This document shows, piece by piece, positions 39,255 through 50,235 of a stretch of 64,000 nt of DNA. Source of the DNA: a virus; the IMG/VR virus record IMGVR_UViG_3300042892_002528, positions 7,054-71,053 of that record. One strand, written 5' to 3'. Positions within the stretch are counted from its first letter, which is position 1, and each line of letters starts with the position of its first letter. A model generated the notes under the pieces. The model was not told the origin of the DNA, ran no database searches, and saw only the letters and a program-made list of their open reading frames with translations. The position numbers were made by a program, and so were the translations under genes.

Positions 39255-42200
39255 TTAAACAATTGTTTTAATTTTAATTAAAGCATATGAACTTGCAGCA
39301 CTGTAGTTATTAGTTTTATCTAATATCCTACACTCTACCTTATAGTCAATACCACCCTCAGAAATACGAGGTATTGCTACCTTTTCTAAATCTAGAAAGC
39401 CTTGTCCTTGACTTTGTACTTCTGGTATAATTGGTGTAGTATCCCATAAGTCTGTAGTAACAGTACTTTTGTATAACCTATATGCATAAGCTTTAAAATC
39501 ACTCTGTTGATTTACAATAGTAGGAGTTGCTACAATATAAGTTTGTTGTAAATCTATTGCAAGTGTTGGAGACGCTGCAAAGTTAGTAGTTTTACCACCA
39601 TTTGTAAACCAATACGTGTCAGACCAAGGACCTACAATATTTCCAGAATTATTAGTATATCTAGCTCTAATTTTATAAAGAAGACCTGTTGTAAGTTGTT
39701 GTACAATAATACTTGAAGAATCTTTAGTACCGTAGTATGATGGAGAAGCTGCATCAAATAACCCATTTCCAGGAATCACTTGTAGTTGCACTCTTTCAGC
39801 ACTTACACTAAGTTTACTAGAGTTAGTATAACTAATAATAGCCGTATTTGTAAATGTACCATTAGCAATTGTATCACTAATAGCACTATCACTGTTTACA
39901 GAAACAATAGTAGGGGCTTCGTTAATTATTGCACTAACTAAATAATTTCCAGTAGTTGTAATATTTGAATTATACGCTAAATAACCAGATAAATCTGCTG
40001 TGTAAATTTGTGGAGAGTAATCAGCTAGCGTAAGTTTTGCACTAATATTGCTGTTGGCTTCTATACTTAATACTATTAGTTCTTGTGATTCTTTACTAAC
40101 TTCTCCTAGCATAAACAAGTCATCAATATTTATATTGTCACCACTTATTAGTGCTCCAGATAGTGTAATACTAGTATAATATCCTGTTGTAGCTACAGGC
40201 GCTAAAGTTTTTAGTGCGCTGCTACCTGTATTAGTTCTAACCCTGATATTGTAAGTTTTTGCTGTTTCTAAATAAATTTCTTCACTTAAAGTTATAACTG
40301 CACTGCCTACTGTGCAGTTGTTAATTCTACCACTGCCATTGCCCCAAAGTGGAACATCATGTGTAACTCGTACTAAATCTCCGCGATTACAAACTAAGTA
40401 CTCAAAGTCTACATTTAATGAAAACATTTCTGGGCGCAACTTTAGCTGCGCCATATGCCATTGAGCAATATGCTTTGCTTGAGCAAAATTAGTTACACCA
40501 GGTAAGCTAAGTTCTTCAAATAACTCTGCATTACTTTCGTTTTTACCAAGATTAAACACTCGGTACTCATTTGCTTGATAGCCTTTTTCTTCATCCGCAA
40601 TAGTAATACGAAATGCATCAGGTATACGAGGAAGTATTTTTGTAGCTTCAAAGCCCCAGCTATTATGTGGAGTAAAGTGCTGTACTACTCCAGTACGTGG
40701 TTTATCCACTACTACTGTCCACTTACCGTCTATGTAGTTAGGACTTGCTTTACCAGCTGAACATATATCTTTTAATACATCCATAACACTGGTAACATTG
40801 GTTACTACTGCATTATAGGTAAGCCAAGGTTTGGTACTATCTCTGGTATACTTATTATTTGCATAAGTCATAGGCTCACAAAATTTATACCAATCAGCTA
40901 GTGCGTTTAAATCTACATACTTTGCAGCATCTATAATGTTGTCAGCTACTCTGTAAGCATTGGCAGGATGCATTAACACATAAAGAAATAATGCTGCAGG
41001 ATTGTTAGTAACATCTACAGTTTTCCAATCGTTTGTTGCTCTATTTAATACATTAGCTTTAGTTTGTACTAAAGCGTTCACTCCCTCTAAACTGCCGTTT
41101 ATTTTATTAGTGCTTTGCAGTTTAATAAAAGTTCGTGCAAGATGACACTTAGGTGGATTTTTTACAACACGAATAGGAACTAATTGATTATTAGCGTTTA
41201 GTGTTTGTTTATTAAACCCAGTAACTGCATACAAAATTACCTTACTGTAATATCTATAATCGGGATCTTCTTCTTTTTCTGTGACGTCGTCGTTTGTTCT
41301 AATTACTTGAATAGAGTATTTTGCTCGCGGTAAACCACGCATTTTATAAACATAGTTAAAAGCGTCTTTTCTTTGTGAAAAGAATCCGTTTTTGCCAAAT
41401 ATTAACTCCGTACCCATAGAGCCAGCAATATTTAATCCAGCATCTTTAGTGTATGTAATAGTCAAAGCTGCTGCTGCTGCACCGCTTCCAGAATTTACAC
41501 CTTTCATTCTTACTGTATGAACACTGTTAGCTTCAGCATAGAACCATGTTACAGCTACTTGATCGTAAGCATTTTTAGGTATAGTAATTAAACGAGCACC
41601 GTCAATTAGTACTGATCCTTCATCGTCAATAGCTGCTGAGATTTCATAGTATCCTGCTTCTGGGAAAGTTACTTGTGCAGTTTTATCAAACTCAATGTTG
41701 GCTGTTTGACCTGTGTATGACCATCTTCCGTTATTTGTTAAAAATAAATTCCAGCCTCCCCAACCGCCATAGGGACCGCCTACGCCTGGAAATTGAGCAG
41801 TAGTAAATATAGTCTGTGGTGTGCCTGCGGCACCCGAATTATTTACAATTCGTCCTGCTCCTATAACAATGTCATAATCAGCTGTAGGCATCTGATTACC
41901 ACTATCAGGATCTAAAATAGCTGCACCCGCTGAATTACGCTGCACTGCTCGAGTAACAGATGTAAGCAATAATCCTTCTATGGTAGTGCTAGCAGTACTG
42001 GCTAAATGTGATACTGTAGAGGTGTCTAAATAATTTACACCAAAAAAGCAAATACTATGAAGCTTTACATATCCATTAGGAATAGTAGGTAGTCTTAGTA
42101 TTGCGTTATTATTTGTACCTACAAAAGACGCATACGATCCTTGTGTAGATAAAGTTTTTAAATAAGGAGATGGGTCTGCATACTGGTTATCAGTGGCAGC

Positions 42201-43802
42201 TCCGCTAAATACTGATATACCACCACCTGGTGCCATAGCAAGTACGTACCACTTGTAAAGATTCTGTAAATCACCATTACCATCAGTATAAGTAGGAGCT
42301 GAGCCAATAGTAACTTTAAAGGCTGTGTCACTAGGTGTTGGTGAGTTGTAGTTGCCTAGGTGATAGGCAGGTACTGTTGACCAAGCTGTTTCGCCTTCTT
42401 TACGTAGACGAATTTGAACTCCGCAAGTAGCATCACTAATTTTTCCGTCTTTGGTACTAATTTTGCGCATACCTTCTGGAAAAGTAAATGCTATGTCAAT
42501 ATCTTCAGCAAAATCTGCTAATGTAATAATTGCTGGAGGATTGCCATCTACGCTATTTTTAACTAATTCAATTTGTGGGAATTGTTGCTCTACGTCAGTT
42601 GGATATAGTTTATCAAAGGCATCTAATCTACCGTTTGTAGTTTCTTGAGGCACGCCTAACAAAGTGTCTGGTACAGGAGTATCTTGCCCGACGCCAGCTT
42701 GACTAGTATAGTAAACTTCGTTTAAAGTTTTTGCACCTACGCGAATGTCATCAACTGCTAGTGGGCCGAATCCCCATACAAGGGATAAATGTAATAGGCT
42801 AGTATCTGTTAATGTTTCTACGTAAGGCATTGCTCCAAGCATTGCATTCATACGCATTTTTCCTAGCACAACTGGAATTGCATTATAGCGATTTGCTTGA
42901 TTTGCTGCACCACTAAAAGCGTTTACAGGGGCAGAACTTCCTGGGTCTTTACCATTTAATGGGCGAATAGGAAAGGCGGCGTTAATAAGCGCCATACCTG
43001 CCATATTAATAGCCATAGTACCAACTATTTTGCCAGTTGCAGTAGTAACCATAGTGCCTTCAGCAACACCTACTCCTGCTTCCGTCATGCCCAAGGCACT
43101 GCCAACGTCTGCACCATAATTTACGGCTATATACAATACAACAAGCGTAAGTATTAAACGTTGAGTACTTTTACCTTCTGGTACTACTTTATAAACAACG
43201 TTCTGTCCTGCTTGTACACGCACAGTACTCCACTCGGATTGCGGGATTTTAACGCCATCTAAAAATAAAATTAATTTTTTAGCAAAGTAATCACTAATTT
43301 TATATGTATCTATTAAGTTTCGAGATACGTCGGCTAGTGTAGAGCCAGCTATAGCTAACTCTGTATATTTTGTTTGTTTAAAGGGATGTGGTCTACCTAC
43401 CAGCATTGTGTTAGCTTGTGTACTATATTTATAGTAACCTTCGATACGTTTAGACCATTTTGGACTGTTAACAGACTCTACAACGCTATCCATGCCGTCA
43501 CGAGCATGAATAAATTTATCTTCCCCAATATAAATTCCAACGTGAAAAGGCTCACCTAATATATTGAATACTATAACGGAGCCGGTTTCTGGTGTTTGAA
43601 CTTGTGACCAATTGTTTTTATACTGATCCATCATTTCAAGAATACGCGTATCGTATGCCCCTGAATACTCTTCAGTATAGCTGGGCAATTCAATAGCATA
43701 TTCCTGTTTATAAAATAAACGTACTAATCCCCAGCAGTCAATACCACTCTCATCTCTGCCATTTGTGGCATAAGGTAATCCAATATACTTATTATAATTC
43801 AT
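39255..43802 (-). CDS. fused NlpC/P60 (gpK-like) + gpI-like + gpJ-like central tail tip protein
   Basis: YIGLPY..GRD..GIDCWGLV...HVGIY....FIHA; ANRYNAIPVVLG; TNNPA, GKWTVV, RGDLVRVTHDV. Confidence 0.8.
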   Translation of the reverse strand: MNYNKYIGLPYATNGRDESGIDCWGLVRLFYKQEYAIELPSYTEEYSGAYDTRILEMMDQYKNNWSQVQTPETGSVIVFNILGEPFHVGIYIGEDKFIHARDGMDSVVESVNSPKWSKRIEGYYKYSTQANTMLVGRPHPFKQTKYTELAIAGSTLADVSRNLIDTYKISDYFAKKLILFLDGVKIPQSEWSTVRVQAGQNVVYKVVPEGKSTQRLILTLVVLYIAVNYGADVGSALGMTEAGVGVAEGTMVTTATGKIVGTMAINMAGMALINAAFPIRPLNGKDPGSSAPVNAFSGAANQANRYNAIPVVLGKMRMNAMLGAMPYVETLTDTSLLHLSLVWGFGPLAVDDIRVGAKTLNEVYYTSQAGVGQDTPVPDTLLGVPQETTNGRLDAFDKLYPTDVEQQFPQIELVKNSVDGNPPAIITLADFAEDIDIAFTFPEGMRKISTKDGKISDATCGVQIRLRKEGETAWSTVPAYHLGNYNSPTPSDTAFKVTIGSAPTYTDGNGDLQNLYKWYVLAMAPGGGISVFSGAATDNQYADPSPYLKTLSTQGSYASFVGTNNNAILRLPTIPNGYVKLHSICFFGVNYLDTSTVSHLASTASTTIEGLLLTSVTRAVQRNSAGAAILDPDSGNQMPTADYDIVIGAGRIVNNSGAAGTPQTIFTTAQFPGVGGPYGGWGGWNLFLTNNGRWSYTGQTANIEFDKTAQVTFPEAGYYEISAAIDDEGSVLIDGARLITIPKNAYDQVAVTWFYAEANSVHTVRMKGVNSGSGAAAAALTITYTKDAGLNIAGSMGTELIFGKNGFFSQRKDAFNYVYKMRGLPRAKYSIQVIRTNDDVTEKEEDPDYRYYSKVILYAVTGFNKQTLNANNQLVPIRVVKNPPKCHLARTFIKLQSTNKINGSLEGVNALVQTKANVLNRATNDWKTVDVTNNPAALFLYVLMHPANAYRVADNIIDAAKYVDLNALADWYKFCEPMTYANNKYTRDSTKPWLTYNAVVTNVTSVMDVLKDICSAGKASPNYIDGKWTVVVDKPRTGVVQHFTPHNSWGFEATKILPRIPDAFRITIADEEKGYQANEYRVFNLGKNESNAELFEELSLPGVTNFAQAKHIAQWHMAQLKLRPEMFSLNVDFEYLVCNRGDLVRVTHDVPLWGNGSGRINNCTVGSAVITLSEEIYLETAKTYNIRVRTNTGSSALKTLAPVATTGYYTSITLSGALISGDNINIDDLFMLGEVSKESQELIVLSIEANSNISAKLTLADYSPQIYTADLSGYLAYNSNITTTGNYLVSAIINEAPTIVSVNSDSAISDTIANGTFTNTAIISYTNSSKLSVSAERVQLQVIPGNGLFDAASPSYYGTKDSSSIIVQQLTTGLLYKIRARYTNNSGNIVGPWSDTYWFTNGGKTTNFAASPTLAIDLQQTYIVATPTIVNQQSDFKAYAYRLYKSTVTTDLWDTTPIIPEVQSQGQGFLDLEKVAIPRISEGGIDYKVECRILDKTNNYSAASSYALIKIKTIV

Positions 43803-44329
43803 TAAAATAGTCCTGGAAAGTTAGCTGGAGTAAACGTAAAACAAGGAAATGGTTCACGACTAAGGCTAACCATATTTAAGTCAAATGTAATTTGATCCGC
43901 GTTATAAGTAACATTCGTTATTTTGAAACCTGTAAAAGTAGCTTCAACAGTATTAGGGCTACTAGCTAGTACTAGATCTATTTGTACACTAACGGGGCTT
44001 GTTAAATGAGTACGGATAAGATCAATAGCTTCACGAGTAACAAAGTTTAATACTAAACTACACTGCCCTGCTCCTGCTTCTTCTTCCCCTGGCAAAGCTA
44101 TTTGCATAGGTAAGAAAATATAATCTTTTGAATTACTAGTTACACCATATACGATTTCTGCATCTGTTGTTAAAGAAGTAAGTCTATTAGTGTAGCCGTC
44201 TGCTAAACGAACAGGATTTGCAGCATCCGCAGGATTAGTAATAGTAACAAGTAAAATTACTGCTTCAGGTGTTTCTGAAGCAAACATTGCCCTAACGGCT
44301 GATTGTGATAAACTATTTAGTCTGCTCAT
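43802..44329 (-). CDS. minor tail protein (DUF1833-like)
   Basis: LLVTI, YIFLPMQIALP, EPFP...FTP..FPGLF; position between Dit and gpK-like domain. Confidence 0.72.
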   Translation of the reverse strand: MSRLNSLSQSAVRAMFASETPEAVILLVTITNPADAANPVRLADGYTNRLTSLTTDAEIVYGVTSNSKDYIFLPMQIALPGEEEAGAGQCSLVLNFVTREAIDLIRTHLTSPVSVQIDLVLASSPNTVEATFTGFKITNVTYNADQITFDLNMVSLSREPFPCFTFTPANFPGLF

Positions 44330-44718
44330 GGCATCACTTCTAATTTAAGACTGGTAGACCAGTATCCTGGTGCCATATATTGTAAGTTAAAGAATTCGCC
44401 ATCACTACCTGGTATAATACGCACATCTATAATTGTACCAAGTATTCGTGGATGTGGAAAAGTAAAACGATTAACACCAGCAATACCAGGAATTAACGGC
44501 AGAGTAGCGGTAGGTAAATTTTTAATAAAAGCTTCTAATGTTTGTGTTTGTGCGGTAGTCATTAAAAAGTTTACATTCAATACATTAGGACGCGAGGCCC
44601 TGCGTCTTTGCTTCGCAGGGCCAGCATCTGTAGCTGAACGTATAACAGTAATTCCAACCGATTCAGTAAAGCCTTTTTGAGGCACTTGCGGAAGCGATGC
44701 TGGCCATGCTATTGGCAT
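44326..44718 (-). CDS. distal tail protein (Dit/gpM-like)
   Basis: WPASLP..P, IRS..DAGPAKQRRR, FTFPHPR; directly follows tape measure. Confidence 0.75.
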   Translation of the reverse strand: MPIAWPASLPQVPQKGFTESVGITVIRSATDAGPAKQRRRASRPNVLNVNFLMTTAQTQTLEAFIKNLPTATLPLIPGIAGVNRFTFPHPRILGTIIDVRIIPGSDGEFFNLQYMAPGYWSTSLKLEVMP

Positions 44719-44721
44719 ATA

Positions 44722-47700
44722 TTATCTCCTTGCCAGTAATGGTGTTGTACCATAGTTGGCTGTCATTGCTTGTTGAGTATTTGAGCCTACGCGATTTAGT
44801 TCGCCTGCTACCATATCTCCAACCATTACTTCAATACGACGATTTCCACGTGAATCCATAGTCTCTTTAGTAGTTGCTTTTTCGCTGCCATAGTTGTTAA
44901 CAACTACGTCTACATTGCCGCCACCACCCCCACCACGAACTCCAAGATTACCGTTGTTGTCACGCTTTAGGGGCATGATAGCTTCGGGACCTGCTTCGCC
45001 CATTAATCCAGTACCTTTTGCAAATTTAAATAGTGTAGGTTGATCGACAACTGAATTTGTAAACATTCCGCCTTTGGCATACATTTTTAGTCCAGCATCG
45101 TATACTCCGCCTTTGGCCGAAAGAGTTAGAGGCCCAATCATACTTTCTGGTAAAGGTCCTACAAAACTATTGCTACCTGGAACACCTACACCAGTAAGCA
45201 TACCAAGCATACCACTTAGTCCACCTGCACCAGCAAATAGTGCGGACATTTGTGCACGCATTTCAAATCTAATTAAATCTACTAGCATTTGGTCTACTAG
45301 ACTTTTAAAATCCAGCTTACCTGTTCTGGCAAATTCAGCTAAAGCATCTCCCATACTTTGAAAACTATTTTCTACAATCTTAGAGAAACCAGTCATTTTA
45401 CTACCAAGTTTTTCGTTTAGATCAATAGCATTCATCTTTTGTAAGTTAGTGGCTCTTAAAGCTTCACTTTGACCATTAATAGCCCTAGTCATGTTTTCTA
45501 CTGCTTCGTAATCCCCTGCTAAAGCAGAGTCACCGCTGGCTTCAATAGCCAGAATTTTTTGTTCTATTAGGCTTTTCTTAGCTATTTCTTTATCTATTTT
45601 TGATTGTTCTTCAGCACTTTCTCTAGATACTCGTCCCCTGTCTAAGTTTGCTTTTTCTTTGACAGCGTCAAAACTAGTTACTAAACCTAATTCTTTTCTA
45701 TAATTTAATTCGTCTTCTGCCTGGCTGCTTTGAGCATCTGCTGTAGTTTTCTTAAACGCAGCTAGTTTTTGCTCTATATCAAAGCGTGCTTCTATAAGTT
45801 TTAATTGGTCTTGCAAACCCTTATTATCTTTTTCTTTTTCTTGCCTAGCTATGACTAGTTGTAAATTTACTTCTGCTAAAGCTATGCTTTTAGTATCTGC
45901 TGGTGAAGCTAATTTAAGTGCCTCAATATCGTTTATTATCTTTTGACGCTCTAGTAGGAATTTATTATTTAACTTTTCAGTTTCAAGTAGTGCTGTTACT
46001 TTTACATTCTGCTCTGAAGAGAATCCAACTAAACTACTAATTATACCTAATCTAGCTATATCTTGATCAAGCAATGCTTCGTTTAAACTATTTAAAGTTG
46101 TAGCTTGCTGCAGTTCTTGGGCTTTAAGTCTAATTCTATTCTCGACACCTTTATTGTCTTTTTCTTTTTCTTGTCTTTCTTTAACTTTGTCCAATAAAAA
46201 TTGTTGCTTATCAACTTCTAAAACTCCTTGAGCCGAGTTATCCAGTTTTGCATTTTTTATTGCTGTTTCGTATCCAAGTATTTCTTGATTAAACTTACTT
46301 TCTAACAGCTGCATGTCTAACATTTGTTTTTGTGCAAGATTTTCTGAGCCATTAAGTGTATTAATGCTCATTAAAATATCTTGTCTTGCTATATCTTGTT
46401 GCAGTATAGAATCTTTAACAGCTGCTATTTGCTTTTGATTAGCAAGTTCACCTAAGTTTACTTTTTGTGCAGTATCTAAAACGTTTGCTTTCTTTTCGCC
46501 CTGTTTTAATGTTAAAGCGGCAAACTGTGGGCCCAGCATATTATTTAATTTAGCAGCAAGATCTTTTTCATATTTAGTTTGTGGATTAGCTGGATCTCTT
46601 GCATCTAGTCTACCAGACGCTGAGAGATCTTCAGGTTTAATCATACCAGTAGTACCAGCAACTATATTTTTAAAACTTGTAGTACCTGCTAACCTGGCTT
46701 CTAGTTCTCTTATTATTTCTGGAGATTTATTAGAATCTTTAGCTTCTTGCAAAGCCATTCTAGCATTAGATTCTGCTATTGTTAGTTCTAATTCAGTATT
46801 AGATCTAATTAACGCCATAGTAGTAGTTATTGCGTCAATTTGAACTTTTATTTCTTGATCTTTTAACTGTCCAGAACGTGTTGCAGCTTCTGCTCCAGAT
46901 AGTGCACTAACCGTAGCTTGCGCAATAGTTAATGCAGCTTTTTGAGAAGCTTGACCAAGCGCAATATCTATATATTTTGCACCATTTTTAAAAGCAAGAT
47001 CTGCACCTGTTGCAAATAGCTGTGAGGCTACAACAAAAGATCTAGTGTCTAATCCGATTTGTAAAGCTTTAACTTCTTCCTTTTTACCTTCAAGCTCTAC
47101 TATTCTACTTTGAGCTATTGCTTTTCGTGGTACAGACTTAGTCTCTCTTTTTATTTGTTCTTGTTTGTCAATATCTTCATTTATTGTAGAGAGCTCTTGT
47201 TTATACTTTGCCGCTTGTTGAAGAGTAGTTTGAAATTCTTGTCTTATATCAACAAACTGCTGGACGAATTCAGAACCAAATTGAGCTGTAGCTTTAGGAT
47301 TATTAGCAAATTGATTGAAAGCTGCATTTATTGCATCTACACCTTTATTTGCTACATCTTGCATTGATGAAGATAAAACTTGTAAGTTATCGCCTACTTT
47401 AAATAATGGATTACTATTAGCAGTTGACTGAATAAATTCGTCATATGACTTAGTAAGTGCATCAATACTATTTTTAAAAGTCTGCAAAGAAGCATTAGTT
47501 TCACCTAATTTATTTTGTAGGATTTTAACACTAGCTGCATATCTGTTTTGGGCAGCTGTACTAGTTTTAAATCTATCTGTTACAGTTTCAAGATCTAGAC
47601 TTTGTACGCCTATTGCATCTTTAAAAGCTTTTCCAGCTTCTTCTCCCATTCCTGCTTCACGAAATACTTTTAATTGAGATTGTACTGTTGTTGCTAAAGA

Positions 47701-49758
47701 TTTTGCTCCTTTTGAAGCTATGTCTTGGTTAAATATTCCTGAAAGCACATTAGTAAAATCATCCCAGCCACTATCTTTAGTTACTTTTAACAATTCTTTC
47801 GTAGTTTTAATTTGTGTTTCAATACTGTCGGTTACTGCCTGACTTGCATTTGTTAATGCAAGAAATCCAGCTATTGAAGCTGTACCTATAGCGGGTTGTT
47901 TTCTTAAATAATCTATAGTTCTAGTCGCACTTGCAACTGATTCTGTAACACCATCTATAGCTCCATTGAAGGCGGTAGTTTCTTTACTTGTTTTTGTAAG
48001 TATAGCGTCAAGTATACCAAAAGCTGCAATTGCAGCACCTATAGCCATACCATAGGCTCCAAATGCCGAAATAGTTGTACCTAGCTTTTGTACAAACATA
48101 CCTGCAGTAGCACTAACCCTAACAAGGCCTCTATCAAAGGCAGTTAATTTAGGGGCATTTTGCGTTATGGCTTTGCCGTGTTCGTCAACTCCAGTTTTTA
48201 CTTTTAAATATCCTTCTTTTGATGCCGCAAGGTCTTCATTTAATTTTTGCCAAGCTGCACGCATACCTAATAATGACTGGGTTTCTGCAACATTAGATCT
48301 AATAGTATCTTTTGCTATGTTCTGTAATTTTGATTTATTAATCACGTCATTTGCAAAAGCAGTACTCCACCACTTTTCAGAACTGTCAATAAGTGTTTTA
48401 CTGGCCATATCGCCAACTGCAGCTGATTGTGCACGAATAGCTTTTAAATTTGCAAGATGTGCTTTAAGTCTGTCTGCTTCTTCTTTATTAGTTTTTGCTA
48501 AAGTTTTTGCGCGATTTTCTAGTGATTTTATTTCAGTATCTGTTAATGCAAAAGGATCTTTACTTGCTATTCCAGCATAGTCTACTTTTGTACCTTTAGT
48601 AAAAGTTTTGCCTGTTGCAGCTAACGCTTGTAACTTACTCTGAGTATCTTTTTGCTTTTTAAAATCGCGCTCTGCTACAGCTGCTCGATCTGCTGCCATA
48701 GTACTAAAAGCATCTTGTTGATTTGTATACATTCTTGTAAATGCTTCGGTGCTTTCATTAGCAGTTCTTTTTAAATTTTCTCTGTAATGTCCTAACGCAG
48801 GTATAGCACTTTTAACTATTGAAGCACCTATTGCGGTTAATATTGCTAATAATCCTGCAGGACTTTGTGATAACACACTTACTAGGGGCACAATAATTTT
48901 ATTAGTTAAGTCTAGTGCTACAAAGCTTAAATTCTTTAAACTTGCTAACAACTTATCATAAGGGTTTGCAGGTATATCAATAGAATTAAATTTGTCTATA
49001 CCTTCTGTTAATACAGCGTTAGCAAATGCTTGACGTCTTTCAAAATCAGTTAATTGAGACGCAGCTTTTCCTATACTACGAGCGTAGTTTTCAGTAGCAG
49101 GACCTATTTTTGTAAATAAACCCAGTTCATCTAACAATTCAGGCTCTAGTTTACTAATACCACGCGTTAATCTACTAATAGCGTCAGGCATAGCAACACC
49201 TAAAGCCTTAGATGCTTTATTGGCTACTTGACCTAATTGTTCCATTTGTTTACCGGACAATCCAGCAGCAGTACCTTTTGTAGTTGCTTCCATTGCTTCG
49301 CGCATACTAATTGCGCCGTCGGTAGCAGTCATTAAATTTTTAGCAATACTGCCTAAAGCTAGTCCAGTAACGGCACCTAATTGATTCATACCTTGAATCA
49401 TATTACTAGTATCTGCAGCATCACTTAACGCGCGGAAAGCCGCACCTGCTGCAAACAAATTAGCTGCGTAAGTAGCATATAAACGTACTAGGCCGTCAAG
49501 TCCGCGAGCTTGATTTGCAAAGTCACGACCTGATGCGCCAGTAGACCCGGCACTACCCCTGGCAATATCGTATTCATTGCCACCCATCATAGCGTTTTTC
49601 CAACCGCCTTTGCCTTTACCTCCACTGCCGCCTTTGCTCATCTGTTTTTCAAGTGAGTCATAGGTTCCTCGAACCTTTTTGAGACTCTTGTCAGTATTTT
49701 CAATGGATTGACCAACATCTTCTAATTTAATGTGTAAAACTGTCGTATTTTCAGCCAT
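44722..49758 (-). CDS. tail tape measure protein
   Basis: 1678 aa helical; T5 pb2-like YATYAANLFA and KLEPELLDELG; C-terminal AKGG..GLMGEAGPEAIMPL. Confidence 0.9.
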   Translation of the reverse strand: MAENTTVLHIKLEDVGQSIENTDKSLKKVRGTYDSLEKQMSKGGSGGKGKGGWKNAMMGGNEYDIARGSAGSTGASGRDFANQARGLDGLVRLYATYAANLFAAGAAFRALSDAADTSNMIQGMNQLGAVTGLALGSIAKNLMTATDGAISMREAMEATTKGTAAGLSGKQMEQLGQVANKASKALGVAMPDAISRLTRGISKLEPELLDELGLFTKIGPATENYARSIGKAASQLTDFERRQAFANAVLTEGIDKFNSIDIPANPYDKLLASLKNLSFVALDLTNKIIVPLVSVLSQSPAGLLAILTAIGASIVKSAIPALGHYRENLKRTANESTEAFTRMYTNQQDAFSTMAADRAAVAERDFKKQKDTQSKLQALAATGKTFTKGTKVDYAGIASKDPFALTDTEIKSLENRAKTLAKTNKEEADRLKAHLANLKAIRAQSAAVGDMASKTLIDSSEKWWSTAFANDVINKSKLQNIAKDTIRSNVAETQSLLGMRAAWQKLNEDLAASKEGYLKVKTGVDEHGKAITQNAPKLTAFDRGLVRVSATAGMFVQKLGTTISAFGAYGMAIGAAIAAFGILDAILTKTSKETTAFNGAIDGVTESVASATRTIDYLRKQPAIGTASIAGFLALTNASQAVTDSIETQIKTTKELLKVTKDSGWDDFTNVLSGIFNQDIASKGAKSLATTVQSQLKVFREAGMGEEAGKAFKDAIGVQSLDLETVTDRFKTSTAAQNRYAASVKILQNKLGETNASLQTFKNSIDALTKSYDEFIQSTANSNPLFKVGDNLQVLSSSMQDVANKGVDAINAAFNQFANNPKATAQFGSEFVQQFVDIRQEFQTTLQQAAKYKQELSTINEDIDKQEQIKRETKSVPRKAIAQSRIVELEGKKEEVKALQIGLDTRSFVVASQLFATGADLAFKNGAKYIDIALGQASQKAALTIAQATVSALSGAEAATRSGQLKDQEIKVQIDAITTTMALIRSNTELELTIAESNARMALQEAKDSNKSPEIIRELEARLAGTTSFKNIVAGTTGMIKPEDLSASGRLDARDPANPQTKYEKDLAAKLNNMLGPQFAALTLKQGEKKANVLDTAQKVNLGELANQKQIAAVKDSILQQDIARQDILMSINTLNGSENLAQKQMLDMQLLESKFNQEILGYETAIKNAKLDNSAQGVLEVDKQQFLLDKVKERQEKEKDNKGVENRIRLKAQELQQATTLNSLNEALLDQDIARLGIISSLVGFSSEQNVKVTALLETEKLNNKFLLERQKIINDIEALKLASPADTKSIALAEVNLQLVIARQEKEKDNKGLQDQLKLIEARFDIEQKLAAFKKTTADAQSSQAEDELNYRKELGLVTSFDAVKEKANLDRGRVSRESAEEQSKIDKEIAKKSLIEQKILAIEASGDSALAGDYEAVENMTRAINGQSEALRATNLQKMNAIDLNEKLGSKMTGFSKIVENSFQSMGDALAEFARTGKLDFKSLVDQMLVDLIRFEMRAQMSALFAGAGGLSGMLGMLTGVGVPGSNSFVGPLPESMIGPLTLSAKGGVYDAGLKMYAKGGMFTNSVVDQPTLFKFAKGTGLMGEAGPEAIMPLKRDNNGNLGVRGGGGGGNVDVVVNNYGSEKATTKETMDSRGNRRIEVMVGDMVAGELNRVGSNTQQAMTANYGTTPLLARR

Positions 49759-49811
49759 GCTTACTCCTGTTCGGATATTACCAAAATTTTTTGATAACTT
49801 AACTAGAGATC

Positions 49812-49840
49812 ATTATACCATGTGACCACGCAGTTGTCAA
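49812..49840 (-). promoter_or_regulatory. sigma70-type promoter TTGACA-17-TATAAT with TG extension
   Basis: Perfect consensus upstream of tape measure gene. Confidence 0.85.
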
Positions 49841-49859
49841 ACCAAAAAATTTTTAACGC

Positions 49860-49891
49860 AAAAAAGCCCGCTAATTTTAATTAGCAGGCTC
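49860..49891 (-). terminator. rho-independent terminator
   Basis: AGCC.GCTAATT/AATTAGC.GGCT stem with T6 tail on minus strand. Confidence 0.7.
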
Positions 49892-50227
49892 TTGTGTCTT
49901 TTTCTTATTATTGATTTCGTCTGATCTTACGTTGTCAATTATGCGTATTAGCATAATTATAAACTTCTGTTCAGAAGGTTCAATCTCTGTTGCTTCTAAA
50001 ACATCTTTTACACCTATCAAAGACTTACCTAAGTAGTTACCATTCATAGTATCCCACTCATCTCGTAACATTCGATAAGCATTAAATGCTTGTTGCACTT
50101 CAAATGGAAAATCTTCAAATTCCACCGGTATCTCAGACTCTACTGGATCTGAGCCTAACATTTCGCACATTTCAAAATACTGGTCTTTTGTCATTGACAC
50201 GCCCATATTTTGAATGTAGTTAACCAA
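49877..50227 (-). CDS. tail assembly chaperone, downstream (gpT-like) frame
   Basis: In the -1 frame of the upstream chaperone and open from the slippery site; WDTMNGNYLGK motif. Confidence 0.75.
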   Translation of the reverse strand: MVNYIQNMGVSMTKDQYFEMCEMLGSDPVESEIPVEFEDFPFEVQQAFNAYRMLRDEWDTMNGNYLGKSLIGVKDVLEATEIEPSEQKFIIMLIRIIDNVRSDEINNKKKTQEPAN

Positions 50228-50235
50228 CTGAGCGT

